The notes: a model not told the origin generated them from the sequence alone. A stretch of 45,361 nt of DNA from Bdellovibrionota bacterium FG-1 (GCA_051382295.1 JBBCAW010000019.1:1-45361), one strand, 5' to 3'. Numbered from the stretch's first letter, positions 8,182 through 16,886 are shown. A program made the numbers and translations.

Positions 8182-9759
8182 TTACAACCCCGCTACTTTC
8201 GTATTTGCGCAGCCCGGCTCCAGCGAGACCGCGCGGTAATCGATGTAAACGTCGGCTAGGATGTTGGGCTCAAAGCCACGAACGCAGTCGGCGGCCCAGT
8301 AGTGGCCGCGCGGGTGAAACAGATCGACGGTGACTGCCGAATCGTGCAGACTTTCGACAAGATCGACATACATATTCTGCCGCAGGACGCGATCCTGGGT
8401 GGATCGAGCCTTGCGGATCAAGGCATCCGTTTTTTCGTCATGGAGGCCGCTGAAATTATCGGGATTGGTTGATTCGAAGTTACGAACCAGGAACTCGGTG
8501 TCCGGGTAGTCCATGTTCATGGAGACTAGAAATGCTTGGAGGGTCTTGTCCGAATAGCCCTTCATCAACCGACCCCAGCTCATTGGCACCGCCTCGACAT
8601 TCCAGCCTTGGGCGCGCAAAGACTGCTCGAAAAACAGCTTCATCTCTTGGCTCCGTGCCAAGATTTCTGGAATCGCAATCCGAATCAAATGCTGTTTTAG
8701 GCGTTTCTGAAGCTGGAGCGGCGTGCTCGCACGTCGGTAGGAGTGCTGATAGCCGGGTAGACCGGGGGGAATATACCCTTTCGCGGCAACCGCATCGGGG
8801 TGAAAGGTTTTGCGAAAGTTCTCTGCATCGATGCTATCGCGAAAGGCGCGCCGCACGGAGATGTGATCAAAGGGGGGGAGTCGAGTATTGAGGCCGACCA
8901 CCCAAGTTGCCGCCACGGGCGCCACGAAGTGCTGGCCTTTGGCAAATACATCTTCTGTCCCATTCAGTGGAAAGCTTGCGAGATCGTCCACCAGGCCGGC
9001 CTTTGCTTGCTTGATGGCTTCGCTTTCATCCATCACCCGCAGCACCATTTCGTCAATTTTAGGACGATCCGCATAATAGGTGCCGGCTCGATCGAGCACG
9101 ATGTCGGTGTAGCGTTCATGTCGTTCGGTTCTCATATACTTGAATGGACCGGAGCCAATGGGTGCTTTAAAAAAATCAGGGTGCTCTACCTCGCGCGGTA
9201 AAATCTGCGCGGTTGCGCCAGCAAGTACTGATAGAAATGGTGGAAAGGGGTATTTTAATACAATCTCGACTTGATCAGCGCCAATGGCGCGAAGGCCGGC
9301 GACACTGGCGGTCTTACCTTGGTGAAATGCCTCTGCTCCCATAATGCAGTCATAATAGGTGAAGACCTTGCTGTTCGGAGCGACGACTCGGGTCAGGGAG
9401 CGGACCACGTCTGAGGGCGTGATCGCCTCGCCATTTTGGAAAAAAATTCTTTTTCTGAGCTTGAAATGAAGAGTGCGCCCATCTGGACTGGTATTCCATG
9501 ATTCGGCGATAGCGCCATGAAGATCGAGGTTGGCGGTAAAACTCAGGAGTCCGTCATAAATCAATTTGGAAACCAAAAGGGAGGCGGTGTCGTCCATCTG
9601 GGCGGGATCGAGTGATGGGGGTTCGGCGTAAAGCGCTTTGACGTAGCGTCGAGCCGGGGCCTTCGTCGTGGCCGATCCGTGACCTATAAAAGCAACCGCT
9701 GTGATTCCAAGAATCACGCCCGCCGCGCTAAAAACAATCCTCTTTTTCTTCTTTTCCAC
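8182..9759 (-). CDS. Family-5 (OppA/DppA-like) peptide-binding periplasmic protein, with no cognate ABC permease in the window
   Basis: PPSLDPA, IYDGL, AESW, F.NG..IT..DV..SL, PIGSGPF, PFD..VRRA motifs; N-terminal signal or anchor; GGAGG RBS. Confidence 0.92.
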   Translation of the reverse strand: MEKKKKRIVFSAAGVILGITAVAFIGHGSATTKAPARRYVKALYAEPPSLDPAQMDDTASLLVSKLIYDGLLSFTANLDLHGAIAESWNTSPDGRTLHFKLRKRIFFQNGEAITPSDVVRSLTRVVAPNSKVFTYYDCIMGAEAFHQGKTASVAGLRAIGADQVEIVLKYPFPPFLSVLAGATAQILPREVEHPDFFKAPIGSGPFKYMRTERHERYTDIVLDRAGTYYADRPKIDEMVLRVMDESEAIKQAKAGLVDDLASFPLNGTEDVFAKGQHFVAPVAATWVVGLNTRLPPFDHISVRRAFRDSIDAENFRKTFHPDAVAAKGYIPPGLPGYQHSYRRASTPLQLQKRLKQHLIRIAIPEILARSQEMKLFFEQSLRAQGWNVEAVPMSWGRLMKGYSDKTLQAFLVSMNMDYPDTEFLVRNFESTNPDNFSGLHDEKTDALIRKARSTQDRVLRQNMYVDLVESLHDSAVTVDLFHPRGHYWAADCVRGFEPNILADVYIDYRAVSLEPGCANTKVAGL

Positions 9760-9789
9760 TGATTACCTCCTTTTGCCATTCGGTGTATT

Positions 9790-9806
9790 TGCGAGGAACG
9801 AGCCAA
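9790..9806 (-). promoter_or_regulatory. Sigma54 (-24/-12) promoter for the signalling operon
   Basis: Minus strand TTGGCTCGTTCCTCGCA has exact GG-N10-GC spacing, about 30 nt upstream of the binding-protein start codon. Confidence 0.7.
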
Positions 9807-10012
9807 AAATGACAATGCGTTTTTACCATGAATCCATATACCTGACAAATTTATTCTAGTAATGTTAGATAATAATTAAATAGCCGTTATTTAAGGTATT
9901 TCTGGTTAACGTTCTGGGTGGTCTTTGCGGTGGTTGATCGCGCCCGGGTTTTGCTGCTCATCGGTCGAGATCAGCGTCGATTCAAAACCATTGCGGCTTT
10001 TGTGACGGATCG

Positions 10013-10039
10013 ACCGCTATAGTAGCGCTATACCGCTAT
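10013..10039. promoter_or_regulatory. Candidate enhancer (UAS) repeats in the divergent intergenic region
   Basis: CGCTAT at 10015, 10026 and 10034, including inverted repeat CGCTA-N3-TAGCG; AT-rich tract at about 9830-9910 lies between it and the leftward promoter. Confidence 0.4.
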
Positions 10040-10137
10040 TGTTTTTACTTCGACTTCGATGCGGCCCCTCATTTTAACTCCCGGATTTAATTCATTTCTC
10101 GTTTTCACGTAGTCCTTTCGCGTTTTCATTCGAACGT

Positions 10138-10152
10138 TGGCACGGACTTGCT
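10138..10152 (+). promoter_or_regulatory. Sigma54-like promoter motif toward the tra region (spacing one base short)
   Basis: TGGCACG-GAC-TTGCT: both half-sites match consensus but spacing is GG-N9-GC. Confidence 0.45.
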
Positions 10153-10215
10153 TTGAAAGAAGGTGAGGACTGCGAGGGTCGCCGTCCAAATGAGTAAACT
10201 GTTGGAGGTTTTAAA

Positions 10216-10422
10216 ATGAGATTTTCTACTTGTCCGCGATGCGGGGACCAGGGCTACGAGCGGCTCTCGTCTCACGATTACTGTGTAAGTTGTGATTATA
10301 GCCCGGACTTCGACATGACTGTCGATCTGCCTATTCCGTTTTGGGCGCAAAAAGCCGTCGATGATCCCAAAGATAGTCTCTTCACCCTCATCAATGCGGC
10401 GGCGATAGCCGCAGTCGCTTGA
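10216..10422 (+). CDS. Small zinc-ribbon protein
   Basis: CPRC...CVSC; GGAGG RBS. Confidence 0.7.
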   Translation: MRFSTCPRCGDQGYERLSSHDYCVSCDYSPDFDMTVDLPIPFWAQKAVDDPKDSLFTLINAAAIAAVA

Positions 10423-10442
10423 GCAATAACCCGGAGGAAAAT

Positions 10443-10679
10443 ATGAATAAAGTAGCTGGGCTAACAACCCCTGAGTTTCAGGAGATCGTCACCAAATTGA
10501 TCCAGGCGATTGGTCGCGCAACCCAAAAATCCTGCAAGACCATTTGGGGCTGGGTCGTTCGTGGCTTTCGCCATGTGGAGCGTAAGTGGGCAGAATCAGG
10601 CGAGCTAGATCGTCGTACCCAGGCCAGGATGCACGATTATTATGCGCGGAGTTTTCATCACCTTCGTTGCGCTTTGTGA
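10443..10679 (+). CDS. Small hypothetical protein
   Basis: GGAGG RBS before ATG 10443, in frame with track ORF 10419. Confidence 0.6.
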   Translation: MNKVAGLTTPEFQEIVTKLIQAIGRATQKSCKTIWGWVVRGFRHVERKWAESGELDRRTQARMHDYYARSFHHLRCAL

Positions 10680-10701
10680 GCACGAAAAAGGAGATTTGCA
10701 A

Positions 10702-10839
10702 ATGAACCTCATGTTGATTTTGGTGATCGTGTTGTCGCTCTCTGTTTTGGGTGCCTGTACCACGGTGCCGGCAAAAGTTGAGCATTCAAGGACGCTGGAT
10801 GATTCGTTTTTTCATCAAGTGGGACGTTTTGAGCGCTGA
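10702..10839 (+). CDS. Small lipoprotein (45 aa)
   Basis: AAGGAG RBS; hydrophobic signal ending in lipobox LGAC. Confidence 0.7.
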   Translation: MNLMLILVIVLSLSVLGACTTVPAKVEHSRTLDDSFFHQVGRFER

Positions 10840-10877
10840 GACTATTGAGCCGGGTGGATCATTGGATTCGAGGGGTC

Positions 10878-10914
10878 GGCTCAGGGATGAGCCCTTTTTG
10901 TTTGCTTTTTTTTT
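10878..10914 (+). terminator. Intrinsic terminator-like hairpin upstream of the tra operon
   Basis: GGCTCA-GGGA-TGAGCC followed by CTTTTTGTTTGCTTTTTTTTT. Confidence 0.6.
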
Positions 10915-10926
10915 AGGGGGTATAGC

Positions 10927-13900
10927 GTGAGTTTTGGCGATGTTCAGGCGAACACAAAAACAGAAATAGGAGCGGGATTGGGTATTACGATTCTGCTGGC
11001 GGTGGTCGGTGCGGTTTATGCGGTCGGGCACTGGGATACGGTAACCGGCGCCTATCGCTTGCTATCGATGTTGGTGGAACGCGACGCTCAGCTGGTCATC
11101 GCGGGGATGGGGGGCGCGCTGTTAGGCGCCGGCGCGGCGGTTTGGCGGATTGCCATGCTGGTAGGCCGGGTCAATGGAGATAAGTCAGTGGGGGCGGCTG
11201 AAAATAGCAATCAGAGCGGCACCGGGAGAAATACTTCCCTTTTAGAATTCCAGGCCATGGGGCTGTCCGTTTTGATTGCGCTGGGAACCTATTGGCTTCT
11301 TGCGTATGTCTGGCTCCCTGGAAAATTGAACGTGTTTCACGTTAAGGGAGCGTATCTCCATTTCCTCCTCGATCAATTCTTTCGAATAGCGTTTTCAATC
11401 TTCGCACTCATTCCTGGCTATTTAGTGGGTCGTTCGCCGTTTTTAAGGTCTCTGCTCAAATTATCGACTGGGCGAATGCCAAAGTTTCCCAGACTTTTGG
11501 ATGCAATTGTTTTAGGTTCCGTGAATGAGCACAATTTAGAGGAAAAACCCAGCTGGGTGATTCTTGGGTTGCGCGGCCTGGTTGGGAACATTCTTGTTAC
11601 TGGCAGCATTGGGAGCGGCAAGACTTGGGGCACGATCTTCAGTTACATCCGTCAGATCTTGACCAATTTTCGGATTCGACCTTCGGTTCTGGCTATTGAC
11701 CCCAAGGGTAAGATCGCCAAGCAGATTAAAGTCATTGCCGAAGAGCTTAAGATGGAAAAGTTCATCCTTCACATGAAGCTCGATGGTGACGTGACGTTCA
11801 ATCCGATCTATCAACCATCGGCGCTCAAATCAGGGGCCTTCTCGGATATCGCTAAGATGGTGCGGTCAGCGGCGGTCAATTACATGGGGAAATCGTTTGA
11901 TTCCTCTTTCTGGGAGCAATCCGCCGCCACGCTGGTAAAAAACTGTCTCATCTATTGCGCGGCGACCAAGGGCTATTACACGCTTAATGATCTCTACACC
12001 GCGATGGTTCGGGCGGTATCGAATGAAAAGGAGTTTATTGAGGAGCTTGCGGCGTGTCTTAAAAAGGATACCTTTGATGAAGAAGAAAGGGCCAACATTG
12101 AATTTGCGGTTCAGTATTTTCGGTGTGAATACCAGCAGCTTGATTCCAAGGTAAAAACCGGAATTTTGGCGACCTCGACGAGCTTTCTCAATCAGTTTCA
12201 AGAGTATCAGGCGAGCAAGATTTTCTGTCCGGCGGAAAAAGAGCTGGTCATTCGTTCCATGGATGATGTCGTGACCGAGGGAATGCTGCTGCTGTTTGAC
12301 ATCACCAACGACGGTCTTGCGCGGTCCATGGGGACTTTCGTCAAGCTTCATTACGAGAAGGCCCTGCTCAATCGTCTTAAGCTAGGCAGATCGACCGCAC
12401 GAGCCGGGGTGTTGATCATTGACGAGTACCAAGACGTCGTAACGACCGGTTATGGCAGTGACTTCGGTGACGAAATCTTCTTGGCCGAGGGGCGTGAGGC
12501 TAATGCCATTACTATCGTTGCGACCCAAAGTCTTTCGGCGCTCGAAAACGCGATTGGACGGGCCAAGCCGACGCAAGTGCTGACTAGCTGTTTCCGTACT
12601 CGGATTCTGTGTCAGGCAACGGATGGCGCTACGACTAGCGCCTATCAATCACTGGCGGGCAAGGTGGATCGTAAGCAGATCTCCCGCAGCATCTCTCAAC
12701 ACTCCAGGGAGGATGCTGCGGGGCTGGGTTTTGTAAAAAAGGCGAGCGTGAGCGAGTCCGTGAGCGAGAGTGAACAGAAAGGAGATGCCGTGACTGCTCA
12801 TGACCTGGCAATCCTGACCTCCTACGAGTCCTACGCGATGGTGTATGATGGCGTCCGTTCGTTCTTTATCAAGCTATTTCTCAAGCCAGACTATCTGCAA
12901 GATAAGCGAGCGTTTCACGCAAAAATCATTGAGTCCATGCGGCCGGTGGCGGTTCCGTTCATGGTGATAGCTCTGGCGTCGGGTGTGCTAGTGGGAGGGG
13001 TCACGACAAGCGCCGAGGCCTTTCCCCAGGTTTGCACGATTCTAAAAACCTCGGAGGCGAAGTCATGCATGGACTTCAGTGTTGGCGTCTGCATGTGCGG
13101 GTGGCCGATCCCGCACCCCTGCGCGAACTTCTCCTACTTTATTCCGCAAACGTTCATTGAAGTCATGCCCAACGAGCGGGAGTCCTATTTTGGCGACTTG
13201 CCGGGGGCCGCCATTCAGCTCGGCGCGGCAGGTAAAAATCCGGTGCCTTATGGTGCCGAAAGCGATGATGACACGCATTCGTATCATTCACATGTGGTCT
13301 CGGTGCCCTTCACCCAGATTCCATTCGACACCATGCCGTGCGCTGGAGCGCCGAATGGTCGGCCCTGTTTTGAGGGGATGAGTGAGTATCTGGGTTCAAA
13401 TTGGATGACGGGAAGTGCCGATAGTTTTCAACCTAATTTTTTAGCCTGGAGCTTGAGTCCCAAGGGTTGTCTCGTGAAAGGCGCTGCAATGTCGCTGTTC
13501 GGTGAGTTGACAGTTGGATATCCCACGGTTTCGGGCTGTGCGGTTCCGATGTCGTGGATGCCGAAATATCCACCGTCCAGCCATTCGGCGTGCACCGGGT
13601 GGGGCACGTTCTATCCGCGTTCAGGCGTCTACAACGGACCCAGTCCGACAACCGGCGCGCTCATGGTCGCGGCTCGAATGAAGAGTATTTCGAATGAGGT
13701 GTTTCATACTACGCCGGGGTCGCTAGAGGAGCGTTGGCAGATGATCTATCCGCAGTCTTCTTCCTGCTTTAGGGAGGGGCAGAACGTGGCCATTTTGGAC
13801 ACGATCAAGGATGTTCGCGAAATCGGGCGCCTGACCTCTGGAAAAATGAAGGGTTACCTCTTTGCGGTATGGAGCAAAGTGAGTTGTTGTCGTGAATTGG

Positions 13901-13971
13901 CTGAAGTTCCAACCGCCGTGGCCGCCATCGCGGCGATGAATATTGTTTGCCAGGGATTGGGGAGTTTATGA
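10927..13971 (+). CDS. Type IV coupling protein (TraD/VirD4-like) fused to a C-terminal TraU-like domain
   Basis: N-terminal TMs, Walker A GSIGSGKT, IDPKG, Walker B LIIDEYQ, ATQS; then a hydrophobic segment ending in A-E-A and a Cys-rich domain with G.C.C...Y..P...IEV and WG..YPR.G, WQ..YP motifs typical of TraU. Confidence 0.8.
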   Translation: MSFGDVQANTKTEIGAGLGITILLAVVGAVYAVGHWDTVTGAYRLLSMLVERDAQLVIAGMGGALLGAGAAVWRIAMLVGRVNGDKSVGAAENSNQSGTGRNTSLLEFQAMGLSVLIALGTYWLLAYVWLPGKLNVFHVKGAYLHFLLDQFFRIAFSIFALIPGYLVGRSPFLRSLLKLSTGRMPKFPRLLDAIVLGSVNEHNLEEKPSWVILGLRGLVGNILVTGSIGSGKTWGTIFSYIRQILTNFRIRPSVLAIDPKGKIAKQIKVIAEELKMEKFILHMKLDGDVTFNPIYQPSALKSGAFSDIAKMVRSAAVNYMGKSFDSSFWEQSAATLVKNCLIYCAATKGYYTLNDLYTAMVRAVSNEKEFIEELAACLKKDTFDEEERANIEFAVQYFRCEYQQLDSKVKTGILATSTSFLNQFQEYQASKIFCPAEKELVIRSMDDVVTEGMLLLFDITNDGLARSMGTFVKLHYEKALLNRLKLGRSTARAGVLIIDEYQDVVTTGYGSDFGDEIFLAEGREANAITIVATQSLSALENAIGRAKPTQVLTSCFRTRILCQATDGATTSAYQSLAGKVDRKQISRSISQHSREDAAGLGFVKKASVSESVSESEQKGDAVTAHDLAILTSYESYAMVYDGVRSFFIKLFLKPDYLQDKRAFHAKIIESMRPVAVPFMVIALASGVLVGGVTTSAEAFPQVCTILKTSEAKSCMDFSVGVCMCGWPIPHPCANFSYFIPQTFIEVMPNERESYFGDLPGAAIQLGAAGKNPVPYGAESDDDTHSYHSHVVSVPFTQIPFDTMPCAGAPNGRPCFEGMSEYLGSNWMTGSADSFQPNFLAWSLSPKGCLVKGAAMSLFGELTVGYPTVSGCAVPMSWMPKYPPSSHSACTGWGTFYPRSGVYNGPSPTTGALMVAARMKSISNEVFHTTPGSLEERWQMIYPQSSSCFREGQNVAILDTIKDVREIGRLTSGKMKGYLFAVWSKVSCCRELAEVPTAVAAIAAMNIVCQGLGSL

Positions 13972-15119
13972 AGATTGATGTAGCCGCAGGGTTGGTGAGT
14001 CCCTATGTTGCCTTGTTTCAGGATGTGCTGAACCACGCCCAGCGGGAGGGGGCAAGTGACATCCATATCCAGCCCGAGCGTGACTCGGTTGAGATCCGAT
14101 TGCGCGTGAATGGAGACATGGAGGTTTTCAAGCGGCTTGGGGTTGAGCATCGCCAAAGTTTTATCAATGAAGCCAAGCGGCTTTGTGGTCTTTCTATTGC
14201 CCGAAGCGGTGAAGAGCAGGATGGCCGGGTTTCTTTTCCCGCGCGTAAGCTTGACCTGAGAACGAGTTTGGTTCCGGCTCAGTATGGCGAAAAGATTGTG
14301 CTCCGGCTCCTAGACCTCTCGCGGGAGTTCAAGCTGGATCAAAGTGGCCTGGAGACGGGGGTCACTTCCGAGCTGCGTGAAGCCTTGAGGGCAAAAAACG
14401 GGGTGGTTATTGTCTCAGGCCCCACGGGCAGCGGCAAGACGACGTTGCTTTATACTCTGTTATGCGCTTTGGATCGCGTCGGAAAAAACATCATTACCCT
14501 GGAAGATCCCATAGAGTACAGTATTGCGGGCCTGACCCAGGTTCAGGTCACGCCCAAGCTCTCGTTTGCTCGTGCTTTACGTGTCATTCTTCGACAAGAC
14601 CCCGATGTGATCTTGGTGGGGGAGATCCGAGATGCAGAAACTGCGGATCTCTGCGTAAAAGCCGCATCGACCGGGCATCTGGTGCTCTCCACCCTTCACG
14701 CCAACAGTGCCGTTGAGGTCATCACGCGACTTTTAAATCTCGGGGTGGATCGCTACATGTTGCAATCCTGCCTGCGGTTCTCGGCGGCGCAGCGGTTAGT
14801 CAAAAAGCTGTGTCCGCAGTGCCGAGTAGTCGCGCCTCCTTCGGCCCGCGCCTCGTTGAATGAACTGTGTCTTCAGCGAAACTTTCGCGTGAGCAAGGAT
14901 GCGGATCTTCGGGTGCGAAACCCGAGCGGCTGTTTGGCGTGTCGTCAGGGGGTTATCGGCCGCATTCCGGTTTTGGAATATCTGAAATCGGTCCAAGTAA
15001 GTGCATACCTCAAAAGCCAGGGGTGTGAGGTGCCACCGCACCTGACAATGAGGGAGATGGCCTTACGGCACGTGGAGAAAGGGGAGACGGATGTTTTCGA
15101 AATCCTTGAACTCGAATAA
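13968..15119 (+). CDS. GspE/PilB-family secretion ATPase lacking the N-terminal membrane-docking domain
   Basis: ASDIHI.P, GPTGSGKTT, LEDPIEY, LRQDPDVILVGEIRD, GHLVLSTLH, tetracysteine CPQC...CLAC; ATGA overlap. Confidence 0.92.
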   Translation: MKIDVAAGLVSPYVALFQDVLNHAQREGASDIHIQPERDSVEIRLRVNGDMEVFKRLGVEHRQSFINEAKRLCGLSIARSGEEQDGRVSFPARKLDLRTSLVPAQYGEKIVLRLLDLSREFKLDQSGLETGVTSELREALRAKNGVVIVSGPTGSGKTTLLYTLLCALDRVGKNIITLEDPIEYSIAGLTQVQVTPKLSFARALRVILRQDPDVILVGEIRDAETADLCVKAASTGHLVLSTLHANSAVEVITRLLNLGVDRYMLQSCLRFSAAQRLVKKLCPQCRVVAPPSARASLNELCLQRNFRVSKDADLRVRNPSGCLACRQGVIGRIPVLEYLKSVQVSAYLKSQGCEVPPHLTMREMALRHVEKGETDVFEILELE

Positions 15120-15843
15120 GTCGCTTGTCGGACTATTATTGCTGGGACTTCCGTTCGCCCCGGCCCCGGCGGATGAAGTTCAGTATTTTGATCATGGTAT
15201 AGATTTTTGGCAGCCCTTCGTACCTGCCATGAAGTCCGCTCCTGCGGATGGTGCCTTTCCTTGGCACCAGTACCTCGATCCGAAGAACAAGGAGTTCTTT
15301 CGTGAAGGCGACTACACGCCGCCCGAGCCTTTTATGGAAATCGTGCGAAACCCCACCGACGCTAATCTCAAGATGTGGTTTGGCTATATCTCGAAGAAAA
15401 ACGAGCTTTCAAGCCGGCTGCAAACGCGAATGCAGGAGTATCTGGTGAAAAACGGCCCCGCCATTCCGGCTTTGGAGAAAGAGCGCGTTTCGGCGCAGCT
15501 GGCGGCGCTTCCCCGCTCCGCTCCCACTGCCCAGCGCTACCGGTTTCGTTTGTATTTTGACTCCCATTGCCCGCATTGCAAGCGAATGCTGAGTACGATG
15601 GCCGAGCTGCAAACGCAGGGCTATTTCGTTGAGGCCAAGCAGGTCGATCAAGACACCCGCGAGCTCTCCGGGGTCACCATCCCGGTGGAGCAGGCCCTGC
15701 CGGGCGAGATGAAGGAAAAAGAGATTAAAAGTGTCCCTGTTCTTTTGGTGGGCGATTTGTTCAAGAAGGTTGTTTACCGGATTAATGGGTATCAAACCAC
15801 GGCGCAGGTGTTGGCTGCGTTACCAAAGGGAGATGAGCAATGA
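15091..15843 (+). CDS. Periplasmic thioredoxin-fold protein, TraF/TrbB-like
   Basis: Signal peptide; A/VRNPT..N helix motif; CPHC; I.SVP. Confidence 0.7.
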   Translation: MFSKSLNSNKSLVGLLLLGLPFAPAPADEVQYFDHGIDFWQPFVPAMKSAPADGAFPWHQYLDPKNKEFFREGDYTPPEPFMEIVRNPTDANLKMWFGYISKKNELSSRLQTRMQEYLVKNGPAIPALEKERVSAQLAALPRSAPTAQRYRFRLYFDSHCPHCKRMLSTMAELQTQGYFVEAKQVDQDTRELSGVTIPVEQALPGEMKEKEIKSVPVLLVGDLFKKVVYRINGYQTTAQVLAALPKGDEQ

Positions 15844-16367
15844 CGACGGCAGTGAAAATATTGAACGGAGATTTGAAGGCTATTGACGATCAGGGTTGCA
15901 CGCCGCTCATGTACGCGGCGGGGAGCTCGGGTGCTGACGTTTTGGCGGCACTTTTCCCTTATGGGGAACGGGAGGATGTCAATCAACGCGATTACCTGGG
16001 AATGACTGCGCTCATGCACGCCGCCCGTGCTGGTAATCAAGGTGGCGTCTGTGTCCTCATTGGTGCGGGTGCCGATATCAATCTCAAGGATCACGATGGT
16101 GAGACTGCATTGATGATGGCTGCACAGACGGGTCACGAGCAAATTGTTAAATTCCTAGTCAAGCATGGAGCGGCGATCAATGTTCGAAGCCGATTTGACG
16201 GAACCACGGCTTTGATGGCGGCGGCAGCCGGCCAGCACCGATCCATCATGGAAATCCTGATCGGTCGGGGTGCCTATCGGCAGGCCAAGGATTTTTTCGG
16301 TTTCATTGCGGATGACTGGCTCTTGGCAAAGCAGCACCGCCGCAGGCTGTGCGCAGCTTTGGCATGA
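15840..16367 (+). CDS. Ankyrin-repeat protein
   Basis: Four G.T(P/A)LM.AA..G repeats with GADIN-type linkers; coupled to the upstream gene. Confidence 0.92.
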   Translation: MTTAVKILNGDLKAIDDQGCTPLMYAAGSSGADVLAALFPYGEREDVNQRDYLGMTALMHAARAGNQGGVCVLIGAGADINLKDHDGETALMMAAQTGHEQIVKFLVKHGAAINVRSRFDGTTALMAAAAGQHRSIMEILIGRGAYRQAKDFFGFIADDWLLAKQHRRRLCAALA

Positions 16368-16430
16368 GTGAGCCTCATTCAAAATGAGGACGAGTTTGAA
16401 CGGCTGATTTTCTAAAGAGGTATTTTTCCT

Positions 16431-16886
16431 ATGCTTCCCTTGCAAACGACTCGTGATTATTCGGGGCGGTTTCCCTTTTGGCCGAAAATGTTGGCGGCCA
16501 TGGTGGTTTTGGTGTTTGCCCTGGTACTGCTGGGCACCCTCCTTTCCATACCCCATGCACTGGCCGCAAGCACTCATCTGCCCGGAGATGATGTATCCGA
16601 CAGGCTTGAAGCGGCAGGCACCCTGCTCAAGCTGATTGACACGGGTTTATTCAAATGGGCCGCGAAAGTGTTCGCCGGGCTTTTGGTCATGTCAGGGGGC
16701 TGGGCACTCAAGGAGCAACGCTTTGGGGTGGCCGCTATTTGTGTTGCGGGGGCCGTGGTGATCGGGACCACGCCCAAGTGGGTCAAAAACATCTTCGACG
16801 TAGGTGATAATCAGGGGTTGTTTTCGCAGACCGTGCTTCCTGCTGGGCGAGCGGTTGATCAAGAGAGGGGTGAGTTTGGTGCATGA
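16431..16886 (+). CDS. Conjugative pilin (TraA/VirB2-like)
   Basis: Long leader ending in ALA, then two hydrophobic helices; lies directly before TraL-E-K-B. Confidence 0.6.
   Translation: MLPLQTTRDYSGRFPFWPKMLAAMVVLVFALVLLGTLLSIPHALAASTHLPGDDVSDRLEAAGTLLKLIDTGLFKWAAKVFAGLLVMSGGWALKEQRFGVAAICVAGAVVIGTTPKWVKNIFDVGDNQGLFSQTVLPAGRAVDQERGEFGA

Noticed and set aside
8182..9759. Peptide ABC transporter for nutrient uptake
   Set aside because: No permease or ATPase genes nearby; the gene abuts a histidine kinase, favouring a sensory role, although use of a host Opp in trans cannot be excluded.
16373..16389. CCTCATT-CAA-AATGAGG hairpin before the pilin gene
   Set aside because: Short and without a U-tract; could be an mRNA stabiliser or operator but is unsupported.
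13968..16886. Type II secretion or type IV pilus gene cluster
   Set aside because: Only the ATPase is present; the pilin-like gene lacks a class III (G/FxxxE) prepilin motif.
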